Of a stretch of 64,000 bases of DNA, positions 15,397 to 29,600 are shown piece after piece. Source of the DNA: Trichinella spiralis (taxonomy: Eukaryota); assembly GCF_000181795.1 (NCBI RefSeq), contig NW_003526941.1, positions 11,272,161 through 11,336,160 of the forward strand. Direction: 5' to 3'. Position 1 is the first letter of the stretch. Each line of letters begins with the position of its first letter. The position numbers and the translations under genes were made by a program. The notes under the pieces were generated by a model. That model worked only from the letters and a program-made list of their open reading frames with translations, ran no database searches and had not been told where the DNA came from.

Positions 15397-17439
15397 ATTC
15401 ATTATCCGCAGGCGATCGATCTCAACGGCTACGGAAACGCTCTTTGCCTTAAACATAAAGCAGATTGATAAATCTTTCTTTAAAAATACGACAAAATATA
15501 AAACAATTTCCAATTTTTAGTTCAGCTGTATTATCAAAGAATGAAAAACAAAGTAAGTTAAAAGTAAAGTTAAGAAAACTAGTGTACTTAAAAGTAAAAT
15601 CAGTATTTATTATTGAAAACGAACACAGCATAACAGTGTGTGTATTTCTTTGGAAAACTGGTCCAAAATAAATACGAACTGTTAAAAATTGTTAAATTAG
15701 CATAAATTATATATACCTTAATATAAGCACCAAAATAACACGACTTTATTAATGAATATTGCTTTCATAAACACTGATCGATATCAATGAAAATTCGACT
15801 CAAAACATTTCAAGTGTCAACAAGCATCCTTTACATATATTCTGTCAAGCGTCAACAACTGATCATTGATTTTCTTGTAGCTGAATCAACCGTTACCGTA
15901 GATTGCTTGCAAGTAAAAATATTCACATAAACTACTGAACACTTTAAAAAATGAAAATGTACTTTGAAAAATGAAACACAATTTCCTTTTAGTATACAAA
16001 GTTTAGTAAAAATCTAAAAATTTGTAATTGCGCGAGTATATCTTTAAATAACAAGCATGTTCTCTGGAAAAAAAATTTACAAAATAAAATCTAACAAAAG
16101 GATTATAAAAAATTTTATTAAAAGATTTCCTCATCCTATATTACTAAAAGCTCAGTAAACAAAACATAGTTTAAAATGTACATATGTAGTTAAAGTTACG
16201 TAAATTATATATTACATTGTTTACAATGTAAAATTTTTATAATAAAAAAATCAAACGTTAAAATAACAAAAAGTCGGCAAATCAAATGCTTCTTACATTT
16301 TAAATTTATAAATCGTTTGAATATGAGAACTGGATAGCACATTTCGCAGTCTGTTTTAAATGATGACACTATAAAAATTCAAATCTGTTGCCATTTTATG
16401 TACTGTATCGTGCATCACATCATGTTTTAAATGTTCATTTTACAAAGTACGTGTACTGTATAAAATTTGAAAAACTGTAACTGGTTCATATTGTACTTTT
16501 TAGATGCCAGCATTTTAAAATGACAGGATTTTCTGATAAGTTTAAGCAATTATATAGTTTTATGTATCCCAATTTTCTTTCTTTTAATTCTTAAATTTAT
16601 AAATAAAAAATATATGCTTTCTATTGAAGGAACTACGAGAATCATTGTTTTACATATAAATAAATGCATATGAATATATATTAAAAAACAGTTTTAAATC
16701 AAGAACAAAATTTTAATATTTGAAATTTTAATATTAATTTAAATATGATTTTTTCAAAGATAAAGTTTTAAATTTGCAATAGCTTTGGTCTAATCCTCAA
16801 ATAAATAAATTATTCATTGATAAGTATGCCTTTAATTACATACTCATATAATTTAAGTTAAATATACTCCTGTTGAATAAAATTATTTGAAAGCAATTAC
16901 CGTTTATAACGTTCTACTTAATAGTTAAAACTTGACTATCATTAATAATACTGTAATAGATTTTCAAAAATCAAAAAAATTGGTCAAGTAGCATCAGTTT
17001 TGAAATATATAAAACGGTTTTGATTGAAACTAGTTTTTATTTGTTATTACATGTGAATTTATGCATATTATGCTGTGATATTAAAAATTACTTCATGTAC
17101 TGCTAGGTATGATGATTTACATGGTGTTTAAATTTGCATTTTCTGATCAGTGTTTGCAGTTGTTTCTGTTATATTTCGTCGGCATAATAAATTTAAAATA
17201 TTAACTTTTCTCAAGTAATAGCTTAGTAGTAAAATATGGTAAAAATTTGTATTATAAAATAATGCTTCTGATGTTTCACTGATAATTGTAACCCGTGAAA
17301 ACCATGTAGACTCATGTAAATTATAAATATTTATTATTATTGACAGTATTTTCAACTTTGAAAACGGTATTAATTTAATAAATGGTTATTATTATAGTAG
17401 TTAACTTTAGTTTTTTTTTAATTTCCTTATTTAGTGACA

Positions 17440-20400
17440 ATGTTACATTTATCTGCTGGCCAATGTGCTTGGGCAAGTGCTTCCGGCGCTTCTGTTAATG
17501 TTCATTCTGAATCGAATCCGTTTGACGTTGATGATCCCAAAAACTGGTATATTCGCAGAGATGAGAATACTTTTAACAATAAAATACGACGATTTGATGA
17601 ACAAGATGAAGAACTTGATATGGCAATCGATCGGATCTTGGAAATGCGACAAAGTCAACATCTCAGTATCGCTTCTGCGAGTAAGTTTATCATTTTGTTT
17701 CACCTCAATATTCAACTTAAGGCATGTCAAATTACAGTTAACCAGTAAATTAGCATTCTGATATTTTACATTTAGTTTCCTTGTCATTAAAACTGTTGTT
17801 TGAGATTTGTTTTCAATTTTGGGAAAAGTATTTTGCAAATCTTTATATAGTTAGGTTTTTCCAATTAAATATTATTCTTTGAAAATAAGAAAGTTTGGAT
17901 ATTAATGAATTTATCGCAAAACTCATATTACATGAAATGCAGAAAGTGATATGAAAGAATTAATAATTGTTTCTTTTTAAATCTTTCAATATAATCTGCA
18001 TATTTTTCATTGATATACGATCGCAAATGGAATAAATAACTTGTTTATGACTGAAGATAAGCAGCGCTCTTTCAGCTTTGGCTAATTGAATTTGTTTTCT
18101 AATTTTACACCTTTGATTGATGTCTGGAATAGAGGCAACTGAAAAATTGAAAGCTTTTACAGTAGATATATATGTACATATGTGTGTGTGTGACTTCAGT
18201 AAAGCAATTCCCTGATGTTTATTATTATTATTCCGTTTGTCATCATTTCACATTTTATTTAATTGCTTTTTTTCTATTAGCAATCGCTTAAGTCATTATT
18301 AAGTAAGAATTACAAGAGAAAAAACATGATCAATTCTGAAAACGCAGTTAACTGTATCGATTGGAAAGTTGAAAAGAGCGCAATGTAGATGAGCGTCAGA
18401 GCTTTCAATATATCAAGAAAGAATTTTCAATTCACAGTTAAGGGGATCACATCTAACGAGCACTGGCCAATTTGAATTTGAATAAAAAAATGAATGATCA
18501 CACTGATGATCAGTTAGTGAGTGAGTGATATGGTTGTGACTTCATTTTTCAACGTTTAGCAAATGCCAAAGCACAACTGGTTATATCTCTTGAAGACTGC
18601 TTACAAGTGGATGTTCCGTGAATATACATCAACATGATGAATGTGGTGGAGAATTGATTTCTTTATTTGACTTGACTGAAAATTGTCAAGGGTGTCATCA
18701 CAGATGTTTATATGAATCGACTTTGGAACATTTAAACTAACCAAAACTTTCATTTCAATTATCCAACTAGCCGGACGATTAATTTCCTTAATTATTTAAA
18801 TTTTTTAAAACTTACTTGAACTGTTGTTTCTCAAATTCATCCAATATTTGCTTATTGGAAATGAAAAGGCAAGAAATATTGTAAATGGAAAATTTTCATC
18901 TCAATCTGATTAAACGTGCTTTTGATTAGCGTGTGCAGAAAGGCAGAAATATTGCAAAATTGCAAATTTGATCAAGTATTAATTAAGATGAAATTATTTA
19001 TACAAAATCGTGAAAAAGGAAAAGTAAATGAATAATTTTTTAAAAAAATTAAATTTTTTGCTATTTATGTAGATGGAGAAAGTTTCGATTTAAATTTGAA
19101 AGGAAAACACTGCCATATTGTTTACGTGTTTTATTGATAATTGTATTGTTAGTGAAAAATTATTTGTTACATATTTGACTGCTGACTGAGGTGAATAAAG
19201 TTTGAAATTTATTTTAATAAATGTTGTTGCAATGAGAAAATAAATAAACAATAATTATAATTTGCTTACTTTACGTCTAGGGAATGGCGGTACAATGGAA
19301 GGACCGACGGCTCGTATTTTTTCCATACCACCGGTCGACTGTGACTGGATACCGATCACTTTGGCTAATTTAGGCCGTATGTACGTGCGTGTTCGTGATG
19401 ATCAAGAAGGAAATGCTGTGCTCAATACGAACAACAGCAATGATTCTGCTGACCAGCAGCAACGAAACGAAAGGCAACAGCAGCAGCAACCGCTTCAAGA
19501 GGAGCAGCAGCAAATGCAAATGCAATGGAAAAGGCAAAAGCTGCAGCCGACTCAGCATCAAGCTGCCGCCGGTGGCCGACGCCATCTGTTAAGCGAAGAT
19601 TTTCAAGAATTGCTTCACCAAGCCGAAAGCATAGTACTACTTGCATTTTATTGAAGATTGCTCTTTTTTAATTTTAAAAATTTCAATTCAATTTTTTTTG
19701 CAAATAGAATAATTGTCGGCAGTCTTACGATGATGTACAATCAGTGACCAATATGGAAATTGACCCGCTGGAAATTATGATGGCAGATCAAGAGGATTTG
19801 TCAAAATCTGACTCGTCTGATCAATGTGGTCAACTTTGGTCATCAAAGTACAGACCACGAACGTACATTGATCTTCTCAGCGATGACGTGAGTGACAGGG
19901 GAGAGAAAAGTGCTTGTTTGGATATTTTACAATCAAGCAATCATTTTCAGGGTTCAAATCGGGCTTTGTTGACTTGGATGAAACTATGGGATACTTGTGT
20001 TTTCAACAATAAGCCAAAGTTGAACACATTACATCAAGTTGATAGGAAAAAATTATTAACGAAAAAAAAACAACAAAAATTGCTTTTTCCCACCACATCG
20101 GGCGATGGATCAAAGCCTGAATTGGATTCATTGAAAAGACCGCTTTATAAAATTGCACTGCTGTGGGGCAGTCCTGGCATTGGCAAAACTACACTGGCTC
20201 ATGTGATTGCCAAGCACTGTGGCTATTATGTGCACGAAATGAACGCCAGGTAATTTAAATTCGAATTTTTTTTATTTATTACAATTGGGTAATCAATTAT
20301 GCATGCAGTAATGTTGACGAAATGTTATTGAGATGTTAAGCTTTATCACATTTCAAAGATTATAAAGCAGAAAAAAATAGCAATTGATGGAGTTTGGAGA

Positions 20401-22655
20401 AAAAAGCTTTTCACAAATAATTTTTACAATTTCAACTGTTTTATGTTAATTTTTGCCTATTTGTTTGTTGTTGTTGTTGCTCATATTATGTTATAATATG
20501 ATTTTTTTGCATTTAGTGATGATCGATCGTTGGATGCATTTTCGAAACATTTGGAAAATTCTTTGCTGATGACGGGCACTTTGGACGCGAATCCCAAACC
20601 TCATTGTGTAGTAATTGATGAAATCGACGGAGCTCCTTTGGTATTTTTTTTCAAAAAATTGATGAGCTGAAAGGCTATATGAATTTCAATTAAAAAAAAC
20701 TGGAAACATAAAAAATGTTTATTATATATCACGTTGTTTGATAAATAATTTTTCAGCCGTCGGTCAACTATTTGGTCAATCTTGTGAAGGGTGTGGCGTC
20801 GGGGAAGAAGAGCCGAAAAATTATCGTCCGCAGACCGATTGTTTGCATATGCAATGATCTGTATGCACCGTCGCTTCGTGAGCTGCGCAAAATTGCCCTG
20901 GTAATTCATGTTCCAAGTGTCGAAACGGCAAGACTATCGTCCAGACTGTTGCAGGTTGATGAATTTATCCACTTTTATTGTTTACTTGCAAATAGTATGC
21001 AAATTTTTTAAGATTTGTTCTGAAGAAATGTTGACGGCGGACCAGTCAGCTTTGGATTTGTTGTGTCAAAAAGCGGAGAATGACATCCGATCGTGCATCA
21101 ATACGTTGCAATTTTTGAAAAGCAAAACTGATCACATTCGATATGACGACATTCAACGTCTGCCTGTTGGGCAGAAAGATTTGAAAAAGTCCATGTTTTC
21201 CGTTTGGAGAGAAATTTTTCAGCAGCCTCGTTTTAAACGGTCGGTTTACAATTTTTTGAGTATATTTCTATTAATTTTCATTTTTTATTCCAATTTTAGT
21301 CGCAGAGAAAATTCCAATAATGCAGCAGATAATGAAAAACGAGAAGAAATGAGGTTCGATGTTTGTGTCATTTTTAATTTGTCCTATTCATCAGTCAGCA
21401 ATTAATTTAATTTAATTTAATTTATTAATAATAATAGAACAAGGATAGCAAAGAAAAATAAAAGGATGTTTTTTTTTCATTTCTGCAGATTTGAATCAAT
21501 CCTAAGAACTATATCACAGTGCGAAAATGAAGATCGTCTTTTTGATGGTCTATTTGAAAATTTTCTATCCGTACCATTCCGAGACACGTGGATGAGGTCA
21601 GTTTGCAATGGTTTGCAGTGGTTGCAGTTTACGGATATATTGAAGCGTTGTATTAATGAAAACATGTTGTTCGAATTGAACGCATATTTTCCCTTTGCGG
21701 CCGTTGCTTTTCACTTTTTATTTTCATCCAATGCCCCGACAAAGTTACAGTATCCACATTTGGACAGAGAGGTTGAGTTTTGTTTTTTATTTTTTGAAAT
21801 TCAACATTATTACTTTTATACAGGCTGTGCGTTGTTTGTCAAGAAATGCAAACATTTTACGTGACATTTATTCAGAAACGTCGGCAAAGATTCATTCAAA
21901 TTTTGATCCGGATACTCTTGTTTTAAATATTTTACCTTTTTTATTGTGGATAATTCAACCTGAAATCAAGTCGGTACGTACGAGTTATAAGATCATTGGT
22001 TTTAATATCTTAATGATTGTTCTATTGAAATATTTTCCATTTTTTAATATTTAGACCAATCCACAATTGTATTCATCAAATGAAACTGTTTCAATTGAAA
22101 ATGCGGTGAATGTGATGCTCGAATACAATGCTACATATCGCCAGCAGAAAAATGAAGACGGCAATTATGATTTTGTCCTAGATCCGTATGTAGTGAAACA
22201 CAGGAAAAAAATGGTGATTGATCAATTTTGTACATTTTTTCAGACCTCTGGATGAAATTGTTCAATTTACCTCAGTCGATACATTTCGACCAAAATTGTC
22301 TTACAGTGCTAAGCAGACAATTGCTCATAAAATTCAAATGCTCAAACTACGCTCAGGTGAAATGAGAGATCCAAAAACAGACAACAAACAACAAACGACC
22401 GAATCAACCAGCAGGTGATTCTATTGAATTGATTATACAATTATATATATTTTTTTGTTTTAATAAATTTTGTTCAATTTTAGTGATGATATGAATTCAA
22501 AAAATCCATATTTGTTTCGAAATTGTGCCTTTGCCGAAAAGAGAACATTGGAACAAAGTCAATTTGAAACTTGGCCTTTCAAAATAGCTTACAAATATCA
22601 CGAAGGTTGTGACATGTCGATCAAGAAATCTGTTCGCATTAGGGATCTTGTTTGA
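17440..22655 (+). CDS. CTF18: Chromosome transmission fidelity protein 18 (alternative RFC clamp-loader AAA+ subunit), about 13 exons
   Basis: Motifs seen: LWSSKYRPRTYIDLLSD, Walker A GSPGIGKT (about 20167), EMNASDDRS, Walker B VIDEIDG, RPIVCICNDLYAPSLRELR, NDIRSCINTLQF, and the C-terminal YKYHEGCDMSIKKSVRIRDLV*. Exon 17435-17680 ends A|gtaagt and joins ag|GG at 19281 in frame, so it is assigned as the first coding exon (less certain than the core). Confidence 0.92.
19454..19522 (+). repeat. CAG/CAA-rich coding repeat (Gln-rich tract) in the CTF18 N-terminal exon
   Basis: Translates as QQQRNERQQQQQPLQEEQQQMQMQ. Confidence 0.8.
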
Positions 22656-22904
22656 AATGAATTTTACAAAAATTTGCATATATAAATTTATTGTTTCGCA
22701 CCTTCTATTGGTTTGTATTTCATATTCACCGTAATGAGGAAATTGGTTATTTATTTGGCAGATTGCCAAAATAGTTTCTCGTGACACAATTTACAATAAG
22801 TGAAACAAATTGTGCACCTTGTCATTCACTTTTCATTTGTACACTTTATTGAAGTTCAAGAAATTAATTAATTAATTAATTAATTGTGATTAATTAAAAT
22901 AATA

Positions 22905-24300
22905 TCAACGGTGCCGATGCGCAGGCGTTGAATGTTGTAGTTGGAATTGCAATTTTGGGTGGGCAGTGTCGCGCAATTGGGTCAAATTATGAAAATTTTC
23001 TCTGATCAAGTTTGGGCGTTGTTTCTCCCGTTGAAAAGGCGTGCAGGGGAATTTTTGTAAATTCAAATTCGTAAACGTCACTTTGGTTCGAAATGGGAAA
23101 TTATTGAAAATTTATTTGTTCCGATTATTTTTGGCAAACGACACTTCACTGGTCCAACTGCATGCGGGCGAAAGTGGGTTTCTGCCCACTGGGTTCTGCT
23201 GGGTGTTGGCATCGTTGTTGTCTTAATTTCAATTTTATTTATCAGAATAATTGGCAACATTCACATTCTACCGATCGATGAAAATTTCATTTGTTTATTT
23301 TTTTTTCAATTCAATTAAGCAAACAATTGAAATAGGAAAGTTAATTAAAGAAATATTTTTCAATAGAAAAAAAATATTACAATTCGAATTGCACATTTAA
23401 ATATGTTTATATTGTTACATTCTACACTGATGATGCTCAAGAGCAAATTATTGTTTTCATCAACTGCTCATAATAGGTGTTTTTATTAGCTACTTCTTCT
23501 GCTGAATAGCTGACATTGACGGCTGAATTGAACATGTTCATCTCAAAATTGGCGTTATCTGTTGGAAAGATAAGCTTTTGATAAAAATTGAACTCAATGC
23601 AATCATATACATATATATGCATACAAACACACCCATGCAACATAATTGTAACAATATCAATTATTACTTCAGTGAAATACTTTAAAAAATTTCATCATTG
23701 CTACAGTAGGAGAAAAAGCTTCATACTGGGCGTGTAAAAAAAAGATCGATGAACTTTATTCTTCATAAAAACAGCAACAATCGACATCTTTATTAAGTCA
23801 TACTTTCAGAATGATAAATGTTCTGTTCAATGCTATTGTCATAATTAATCACATTTCCAACTGGAAGACAAGTTTATTATTTACCAGACGTGCTTCTTCT
23901 TCTTCTCCTTTATTATTTTACATCATCGTTAACAGCATCAATTGCCGAAAATATTCAGTTGTACTTCAAAATTATTTTTGAATATAAAATTAATCATTTT
24001 TTTATTTTTCATTGTTAATTATGCAATTTGAATTTCATTTTCTAAATTTTATAACCATTATTAACTTCAATGTTGTATCAGTGAAAACATTTGGCAAAAT
24101 GCCAAAAAATACATACCGTAGCGTAGATAAAGATTACGAGCGATAAATTTAACTATTAACATAGAAATTTTATATTTTAGCCAGGTAATATTTTGATTGT
24201 TTTTTTTTGTTTGAAATTAAATAAAATTTTAATTTTACTTTATAATACAAAAAAGAAATTAACTAGAAAATCAAGTACATACTTATGCAGTGTGACAGCT
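22905..24300 (-). other. Possible lineage-specific or degenerate multi-exon gene, unassigned
   Basis: Several exon-like segments have AG/GT boundaries (about 24116-24150, 23680-23725, 23437-23568, 22905-23222), and an AATAAA lies on the minus strand near 22845. The last segment reads as one frame interrupted by a single TAA (23114-23112). I could not build one consistent spliced ORF. Confidence 0.25.
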
Positions 24301-26349
24301 ATGTAAATGTATAATATTAGATGGCCAACAGTCGAATTTGACAGTTGAAAAATCTCAATTTATTAGAAAGGAAAATATGCTGTTTTACAAACATAAAGCT
24401 TGTCGAATGAGCACGGATTATGCAGAGATGTTGGTCAAAGTGCAACAGTGCCGATGATAATTTAACATCAGTCAAATAGTACTTATAAAACGTGTTTTCA
24501 TTCATTTGTGTAATATTTGTTTTTATTCTTTGCACAATTCATATGTTGCTATTTCGAAAATATGCATCGCTTAAGTGGTAAATTTGAAAATGTAAATGTA
24601 AGCTATTTTTATTGGATAAAGTTGATCTGTTAGCATGATAAGCTTTTCACAGTGTAATGATGACAGTTTTGTTTGGTGAAAATTGTAGCCACTTATTTGC
24701 AGGAAAACTTACAATTGTTGTTGTGATAACGAGCGGGTCACAGGGTAATTGATTTTGTTGACAACAATGAAATTTGACCAATTTAAATTAATTACAAATA
24801 TTTTACGTTGCTTGAATGTAAATTATTAAAATTAGAAAAATGCGAACCGAATCTATATCATCAGTGATATTCATTTGTAGTCACGTGACCGGACAGACAA
24901 ACGATCGTTTTTATTGTTCTTCATTGCAAGACATATTGACAGTCACTTGTGAATTTGTATAGTCAATAATTATATGATAAATAAATAAAATTTAGTTTAA
25001 ATTAAATTAACAAAGGTGTTAAAGTTTAGTTATTTGGAAATTTTTTTCCATTTTCTCTCACTGATGATAATAACAGTACAATGAATGATAAACAAACAAA
25101 ATGATGATGATGATGATGATGCATTGATGTGCTGGATTCATTTTGATTGTGGTGCATAATTGCATTATGAGACAAACAATTTCAATGTTAATTTCAAAAT
25201 ATTTAACAATCATTTGAATAAAATTAAAAAAAAAGAAGGTTCACAAAAGTTTAAAAATTCAATGACAATGAAAGCAATTTTTCTCTACTCTCAACGTTGC
25301 TGTTGTCAATATTCATCGCTTTGTGATCTTACGCTTTGTGAAAGCATCACTTGCACAAGCTCAACTTCAATTTATCAACGTTTCAAAGCATCCCGACGCT
25401 ATGATATACTGCTTTTTTCTTTCAAGTTTATTTATGAAAATGAAATTGTTGTTCCAAAAGAAAAAAAACGCAATTACCGTAATAATCACATTACATCATA
25501 AATTACATAGTCAAGTTCAGTTTGTTTTTCAAAAAAAATATATGTGTAAGAAATAATTTTTTTTTGAATTGCATATTTATCATGTGGTGATTAAAGTTGG
25601 AGAATAATTTGCTGACGTTTTAAAAAAACTGTAATATTCATAATTGTCTTTTTTGGCCCTGTCACTTGGAACATGCTTTTTTGATAAAAATTGCAACGCA
25701 TGTCGTTGCCGTCGTTTGTTGCACGGGATATTGATTTTTGTCCAGCTTGAAGCTCAGCGACGGACAGCTTCAACGTGCAAGTGAACAATAAATAAATGAA
25801 TAATAGAACATCGATAAGCCCTTTTGCTGCGAATATCTTTTGCTTACACAAAACGCCAACAGCCAACTAGAACTTTCTCACAACACAACAACAACAACAA
25901 CAACCGTTGCGTTAAAAATTTTTTAATGTATTTTTAATATTCATCATCATTTTTTGCATTGCTATATATTTTTTTTAAAAATTACTGTTTATATTTAAAT
26001 GTTGATTGGTAGAAATTGGAAATTTTGTTTTCTCAAAAATTGTGTGGGCGTTCGTTGAAAATTGCAATGAGCAAAACGCGAACGATTACTGCGAGGGGAA
26101 ATTTTCATTCGTACGCGCGACCACCACCACCACCACCACCACCAGCAACTTGAACACGGAGAATTTTGTTTTCTTGCTGCTATTCTTATTATTCTTATTA
26201 ATTATTATTAATTATTCGATTTATTTTATGATTATTCTTTTTTTTCTTGATTTTATTTTTCAATTGTTGATTTTCTTAATAGTTCGTCTCGGGTGGACAG
26301 TTTTTGCTCACCAGTTGGCGCTGGATTCGAAATTTTTGAATCGGTCAAA

Positions 26350-26406
26350 ACCAATTCGACGCTGATTGGTCAGTGAAGTCACAGGCCGTTCGGCTGGGTA
26401 TATAAC
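26350..26406 (+). promoter_or_regulatory. Putative Pol II core promoter of the ATP-grasp gene (CCAAT / ATTGG boxes and TATA box)
   Basis: CCAAT at 26351, ATTGG at about 26365 and TATATAA at 26399-26405, about 290 nt upstream of ATG 26691, in a locally GC-richer patch. Confidence 0.5.
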
Positions 26407-26690
26407 GCCTGCTATTTGGTCGTCCAAGTCAGTTGACTGATTGCAACCAACCTGCTATCTGCTCTTCGGAATTTTCTCCGTTTCGTCTCGTGTTGTCGAA
26501 TAAGCGCAGAGAGTGGGATTGTTGTCGCCAAATTTTCATTTGGTTTTTTTTTTCAATACCAAAATTTGAGCCGAACAATTTTTCCAGTGGAAATTTTCAT
26601 CTTCTGTTTCCACTGTCGGTTGGCTGATCGTTTTCCAGCTTCTTTTTGCTGCATTTGAAATTTATCACAACTTTCGACAATCAAATCAAA

Positions 26691-29600
26691 ATGGTCTCCA
26701 CGAAAGCATCAGGTAAGCAAGCGTTCGCTATTTCTTATCCACAATTCGTTAGTCATGTCACGCACTGAAAACAATCAATCATTATTCTATAATACCATAC
26801 GAACATTTCGACTGTAGAATTTGAAATTATAAACTACTGATGATGAGTCATCATTTCAACTGATGAATTTTATTCAACAAATCATAGATTCTATCAAAAT
26901 ATACAACTAGTTTTGAATGAAAATGAAGGGGAAAAAATACATCTTCATATATATTTTTTTTTCTCATTCCATTTTTTATAATCAATTCTCAGTTATCATC
27001 ATTTCTCAAGCTCAGTCAGCAAGCAGTTCTTTAGTCTTATCTGGTGGGAAAGCAGTCTGACCTGATTCTTTTATTATTTTTATCGTCTGTCTGAGTATTA
27101 TATATAATCCAACGCTGACCTTTTTATCAATTGTAAGAGTAATTACAAAAGATCTTTTATCCATCATTGACCTTTACCAGATGTTCAAGATCTTCGTTGA
27201 CCTTTACCTTTTTTATTTATCTTCCACTGCTCTATATTCTTCATTCCCATGTATTGTTCTTCGATGGGAAAATCCGATTAAGAATAAGTTAAGCATGAAA
27301 CAAAAAACCAGGATAAAGCGATAGAATAAATATACGAAAAGAAGAAGGCAGGTGCGTTGACAATTGAGATAAAGTGCGAGCAAATATTTTCCCCCAAATG
27401 GCGCTCTGCAGGCTGCTACATTCTTCTTTTTTCCAATGCTGAATAAATTTTTATAACAAAAGAACAGAAAATATTCAGCAGTAAATGAAAAAGTTATTAT
27501 TTGCACAGTACACAACAATGAAACATGCTGTGTATTTGCTGAATTATTATTATTGTTTGATCTCGCTCTTCTTTCAATTAAACAATTAAAATTGCAATAG
27601 TGGAATGGTCAATTTGAAATGAACAGTGTTCAATGTTCAATAAATATCAATTAATTAATAGTGTGCATTTTAAACATTTTCAAAATAATCGCAATTGGCA
27701 ATTACAATTTTAATAAAAGCTTTTGTATTGCGCTAGTACATTTTCTTGTACATACATTATTATGCCTGAGCGAAAAGTAACAAAATGTCCTGCGACACTT
27801 ATGCAAATCTACGATGCATATAAATTAACGGGTAATAGAATTGGACCATTTGCTCAGTAATGAGTGATAAATTGCAACGATAAGCATCGTGCATTTCATC
27901 ATGGTTGTTGTGCAATTCTTCTTTGTTAAATGTCGATAATAGTATTTGAATGTGAATTTGAACGCTTCCCTACCCAACTAAACACATAGCATTCAGTTGA
28001 AAAGCAGTATCATTGTTGATAAAGTATAGTAATTATGTACGGTAAGTTGGGATTTCACGAATTTGTTGAAATGGTTATTTTACGAATTTATTTCAAATGT
28101 TTTGTTGCAATTGCAATGTTGCTGATTGGAAATATTTATTTAGAGAAGAAATTCATCGAAATCATCGAACCCAACCATCAAGCAACAGCACGTGAGCATT
28201 TTTATCCAGAAGTGATCAACGCCAAGTTGCATCCGGTCGTCAGAGAGCTGATGGACCTGAGCAACGAGGAAATTGCACGACGGTATTGTCTGCAACATCC
28301 GGAAGTTGATCACAACGTGCTGTTGCAAATTATGAAGACATCGTCGAAATATTACCGTTGGGCCGGTGCGGATTTGATTCGGACGGTGAATTTGAACGGC
28401 GAGGAACGTATGGCAGTGATCGAAATGAACAGCTGCCCATCGGGCAACAAGAGCGTACCGTTCCTCGACTGGGGCTACCAGGGTTACAGGCGTGTGATGG
28501 AACACGCGTTTTTGCCCTTTTTGAACGACGCTAATTTGCCCGCCGGTGGTTGCCTTGCCGTACTGTACGATGTGGAAAAGCAGCGCAAGGAGAGCTACGC
28601 GTACGCGATGATGCTCGCCCAATTGACCAACGAAACTGTCTACTTGGTGAATGTAGGCTTCGAACCCAATTTGCCGCCGTACATGCGTTGGACAGTGGAC
28701 GGCGTGTGCGAATTGGAAGTTTCGACCGGTCAGTGGGTAGTCGTGCGGGCATTGTTTCGTTACGTGACACGCAAACCGTGGCTCAAATTGCCGTTGATCA
28801 GCAAAACGTTGGTGATGAATCCGGTGATTGCTTGTGTAGCGGGTGGACGGAACAAGCTGGTCGCGGCCAAAGCTTACCAGCGCTTCAACGAACTGCACCA
28901 GGCGAGCGGCTTGAAAATCCACGTCCCCTACACGGTCACCGACGTCACGCTGGAAGGGATCCAAGAATACGCGGTGAAAATGAACCACCAACTGGTGGTC
29001 AAGGTGCCGTACAGCAATTGCGGCGTGGGCGTATTCACGATCACCTGCGAAGCGGAGCTGCAGCGTTTCATGGAAACGGCCCACACGTACGACAAATACA
29101 TCGTCCAGGGTATAATATCACATCCGGCCTGGCGTAAATCCGGTTGCCCGAATCAGCTATTCCACGTTGGCTGCAGACCGTCGTTCGACCCGGACAATCG
29201 CTACGTGGCCGATTTACGGTTCATGGTCTGCGCGGGTCCGGCAGGTTGGATGCCGGTGGCGATATATTGCCGCCGAGCGGCCGAACCGTTGACAGCCCAC
29301 TGTCCACCGGGACGTAGTTGGGATATTTTGGGAACCAACTTGTCTACCGGTGCCGATGGGACTTCCGGTACGGACACGAGTCGGTTGATTCTGGTCGACG
29401 ACCGCAACTTCGGTGACATGCAGCTCGGCTTGGATCAGCTGGTCGAGTGCTACGTTCAGACGGTGCTAGCGGCAAGTGCCGTGGACGCCCAATGTCAACG
29501 GCTTCTTCCCGAACGGAGCCGGTTCGACTTGAGCTTGTTCTTGGAATTGGACAACGACAAGAGCTTCATCTCGGAAGTGGCTCGTGGATGCAGTCGTATA

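Noticed and set aside
28035..28143. Hydrophobic N-terminus of the 562-aa ORF resembling a signal peptide or TM segment
   Set aside because: This is AT-rich intron sequence upstream of the acceptor at 28143. The in-frame exon at 26691 with a strong donor is the better start.
28140..29137. 314-aa antisense ORF and 195-aa shifted ORF overlapping the ATP-grasp exon
   Set aside because: These are expected shadows of a GC-rich, codon-biased exon and carry no recognisable motifs.
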